From NCBI GenBank assembly GCA_013239625.1, contig MU053823.1, positions 459,698 through 500,902 on the forward strand: 41,205 nt of DNA, given 5' to 3'. Within the stretch, counting starts at the first letter, position 1. Each line of letters begins with the position of its first letter. The notes beneath the pieces were generated by a model. The model worked only from the letters and a program-made list of their open reading frames with translations, ran no database searches and was not told the DNA's origin. The translations under genes were made by a program, and so were the position numbers. This document shows, piece by piece, positions 37,870-41,205 of the stretch. This DNA is from Lama guanicoe (lineage: Eukaryota).

Positions 37870-38779
37870 CTAGTTGGGAACAGAGAGATGTGAGAGTCAC
37901 CATAACATATTTTATTTCCCATCCACCTACACGGTACAAATGTCCAATATTATATGCTTATCCACACACACAGAACCAGGGCGGGGAATTACCAGTTATA
38001 GCCAAGCCCTACCACGTGGGACGATTTGTTCCACTCACTCATTTATGGTTCTTATCCTCATATCTGCAGGTCCCTGAGGGGTCCTGAATAGCATTTAGAA
38101 GGTCTGTAATCTTGCATGGGAAAAAGAATTACATCTGTATTTTTGCTAAACTCTAGTAAGTAGAATTTAGCATTTCTTTGAATTATGAATATAACTGAAA
38201 ACAAATAGGCTTTTGTTTTCAACATATAGGCTACAAATCCCAATAATATTATAAGGGCCTGTGACACTGTCAACCAATAAAAACCATAGGCATGTGCATA
38301 CATTAAGTTGTTACAAATTATCTTAAAATAACATTTATGCTCAAACTACATTTTCTGATTTATGCTCAAACTACTTTAAATAAATGGTATTCCCTAGATC
38401 TTATCTGTTGCATTGATAAAGCATCATACACGTTACTATATGTACATTTGTTTTTAAAATATTTTTGTAAATGTATTTCAATATTTAATTAATTTCTTTC
38501 AAAATTCTAAATATTTTATCTCAGGCGGGCAAACCATTATTCTGAGAAGGGGTTTAGTGGCTTCAACAGAACTGCCAAAGGGGCCCATGGTACAAAAATG
38601 TTTAAAAACATTCAAATCGCTTATGTTTTATCTTTAGGTAATTCTTACCTAAAGCCCACAGTTTTCAATGTCAATAATTTCTAGTCTTGTATCTTTGAAT
38701 ACTACTCCCATCTCACTGAATATTGAGATGCAATGTGATTCTTCAGTTTCTCCACATGGACCCCGTTCTCTGCATCTTT

Positions 38780-39046
38780 CTTATTTGGGTTGGTGGGGAG
38801 GTAATTGGATTATTTATTTATTTATTTATTTTAACATTTTTTATTGATTTATAATCATTTTACAATGTTGTGTCAAATTCCAGTGTTCAGCACAATTTTT
38901 CAGTCATACATGGACATATACACACTCATTGTCACATCTTTTTCTCTGTGTGGATTATTTATTTTTAATGGACGTACTGGGGGTTGAACTCAGGACTTCA
39001 TGTATGCTAAGCATGCCCTCTACCACTTTGCTATACCCTCTCTCCA
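38780..39046 (-). mobile_element. Vic-1-like SINE carrying a nested young L1 3'-end insertion (38820-38950)
   Basis: 14-bp TSD TGGATTATTTATTT (38806-38819, 38951-38964) inside the SINE's A-rich region; insert resembles 598-720. Confidence 0.8.
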
Positions 39047-39197
39047 CTCAGTAAGTTTCTATTTTTAAAGAGATTACTGTCAAAGTGTGGGGAAGTGAGA
39101 AACTCTCATATACTCCTGGTGGGATATAAACTCTGGAGGACATTTTGCTTTACATCAAAAGTATATATGTTTGTGTGTGTGTGCGTGTGTGTGTGTA

Positions 39198-41205
39198 CCC
39201 AGTCATGCATATATATACGTATATTAGTTTTCATATTCTTTTTCATTAAATGTTATTGTACGATATTGAATAAGTCCCCCATGCTATACAGAAGAAATTT
39301 GTTTTCTATTTATTTTTGTATATAGTGGTTATCAGCCACTGTCTTTTTAGTGACTTTTAAAAATAACATGAATATTTTAAACACAGACCCCATCCTCCCA
39401 AATCAAAATCTATTTCTTCGACTCAGGAGATCTGTCAGTAACAATTCTGTACTGTTAAGAAATAAATTTAGCGATGCAACCTCAGAAATTGTGGTCAGTT
39501 GGGATCGTGCAATTCCAGTCATCAGCTCAGAGAACTCAAGGTTTAAGTTTCCTTCTTCTTTTTTTAAATGGAGGGACTGGGGATTGAACGCAGGACCTCA
39601 TGCTTGCTACTCATGCGCTCTACCACTGAGCTACACCCTCCCCCCACTTGTGCACCTTTATTTTTCATCAGACCCAGTATGATGGCTGGTCCTCCTTCCT
39701 TGGCACCTAATTGTAAACTCATCTACTGATAACTGTTTCATAAGTGAAATTTTATGACTTTTGTTCATGCTAGTCAGACTCCCTTGTTCAAATCTGAGAT
39801 CGTTCCCCCAAATCCGGGGCCTCCCAAACAAGAGGACAGGGTTGGGACTACAGAGACCCCAACAAAGCAAAACCACCATCTGTCTTTCTTCCATTATATT
39901 AATTTCTTAGCTCTTTCTTCAACAAATAGAGTCTGAAAGTGCTCTGTAAACATACTGCTGCAGATTTTTGTTGGCATCATCCTGATTGTTCCACTAAATA
40001 GTTCTGAATGATGATTTGTCCAAAGTCCATCTCTGACTGATATTGGCAGAACAGTGTTTCTCATTCAAACATGCTGGACAAGGTGACTGTGTGTGGTTTT
40101 TGGTTTTTGTTTTGTTTTGCAGGGGGAGATAGGTTTATTTATTTATTTATTCATTTATTTATTCATTTATTTATTTTTGATGGAGGTATGGGGATTGAAC
40201 CCAGGACCTTGTGCACGCTAAGCACGTGCTCTACCACTGAGCTATGCTCTCCCCTGAGTGTGTTTTAAAGATCCATTTTGTTTGCGTTTAAGGATGTGCA
40301 TTGAGTCACTGCAATCTTTGTATCCTCTTCTTCACTCTCCTTATAAATTGTCCATATTCACCGCTGCCCTACGCTGAAGTAAAGTTCTAGATAGACAGAT
40401 TGCCGAGAGATTTTGTGTCCGTTCTATAGAAATATTTGAATGTCCTCAGTGTCCAGTAACAGCATAATAGGTAAATCAGTGTAACATGCACATAATGGAT
40501 TACTTTTCAGCAGTGAAAAATATCAGTTATATTCATACCTATATCAACCTGCAAAAATCTATGAAATACATTGAGAAAAAAATGGTAGAAAAATATCCTG
40601 CAATATTGTTTCTATAAAATTTACGTATTTGCGGACCAATGCTTCATAATGTTTATGGATCCAAATATATGGAGTGAAGCTATAAAGAAATGAAGGGGAA
40701 AATGGACGCCAATGCAGGATGGTGGTTTCATCAGGAGGATGGGAAAAAAGACTGGGAGGGTTATGCAGGAGTTTTTGCCTGTATTTGTAATATAGTTAAA
40801 TTATAATACTCGACATTTAAAAATTTAAAATAAAAACAAAAGATCAGGTTAAAAATAGTAGCAATAATCCAGGTGAGAGTGGTGAGGTTGATTTAAGGTA
40901 GGGACAGTTGGAATTAAAGACGGGGCTAAATAAAGCAGTGATCCACAAATTTTTCCTCTTTCGTTCTCCTAACAAGCGATGTAACCTACCTCATACTACC
41001 TGACATAACCCCAAGTATCCTACCAAGTCTAGAGTTTTATATTTGAAGTCCATGTGAATTTTGCATTTTACCCAATAGATACATGTTCAAGATCAGCATG
41101 TTTTATATTAATTATAGAAGAGTCAACTTATATTTTTAACTCTGTAATTCCATGTCTGAAATTTTTCTAAGGATAAAATATGGAGAATGACTCATGAACA
41201 ATGAC
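39198..41205. repeat. Tandem array unit 4 (runs off the window; most diverged copy)
   Basis: Begins at the equivalent of 23963/34305 (offset 4893 from unit 3); about a dozen private variants. Confidence 0.97.

Larger units (their letters stand above)
33441..39197. repeat. Tandem array unit 3
   Basis: Begins at the equivalent of 23099/28049 and extends furthest into the GDF3 intron. Confidence 0.97.

Overview
Mammalian genomic DNA, very probably a camelid (many tRNA-derived Vic-1-type SINEs), from the APOBEC1-GDF3 part of the AICDA/APOBEC1/GDF3/DPPA3/NANOG cluster. The left half holds a complete, intact five-exon APOBEC1 gene on the minus strand (CDS 16602 to 10351; exons of 16/28/398/119/150 nt; 236 aa) in LTR-, L1- and SINE-rich DNA, with a 15-N assembly gap at 7992-8006. 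From 22164 to the window end is a staggered tandem array of four near-identical ~5 kb units (periods 4950, 5392 and 4893 bp). It contains two complete copies and one 5'-truncated copy of the GDF3 terminal coding exon, but no GDF3 exon 1. This array is the most unusual feature. Its geometry and variant pattern fit an assembly or gap-filling artefact at least as well as a real recent duplication. The first junction creates an in-frame chimeric ORF carrying the whole GDF3 mature domain. Other points of interest are a dense E-box/ETS/AP-1/NF-kB motif cluster at ~8.7-8.9 kb (candidate AICDA downstream enhancer) and an L1 fragment that may supply the APOBEC1 poly(A) signal. The sequence alone gives no firm evidence of a new biological system. 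Repeat family names are by eye and their boundaries are approximate unless target-site duplications (TSDs) are given.
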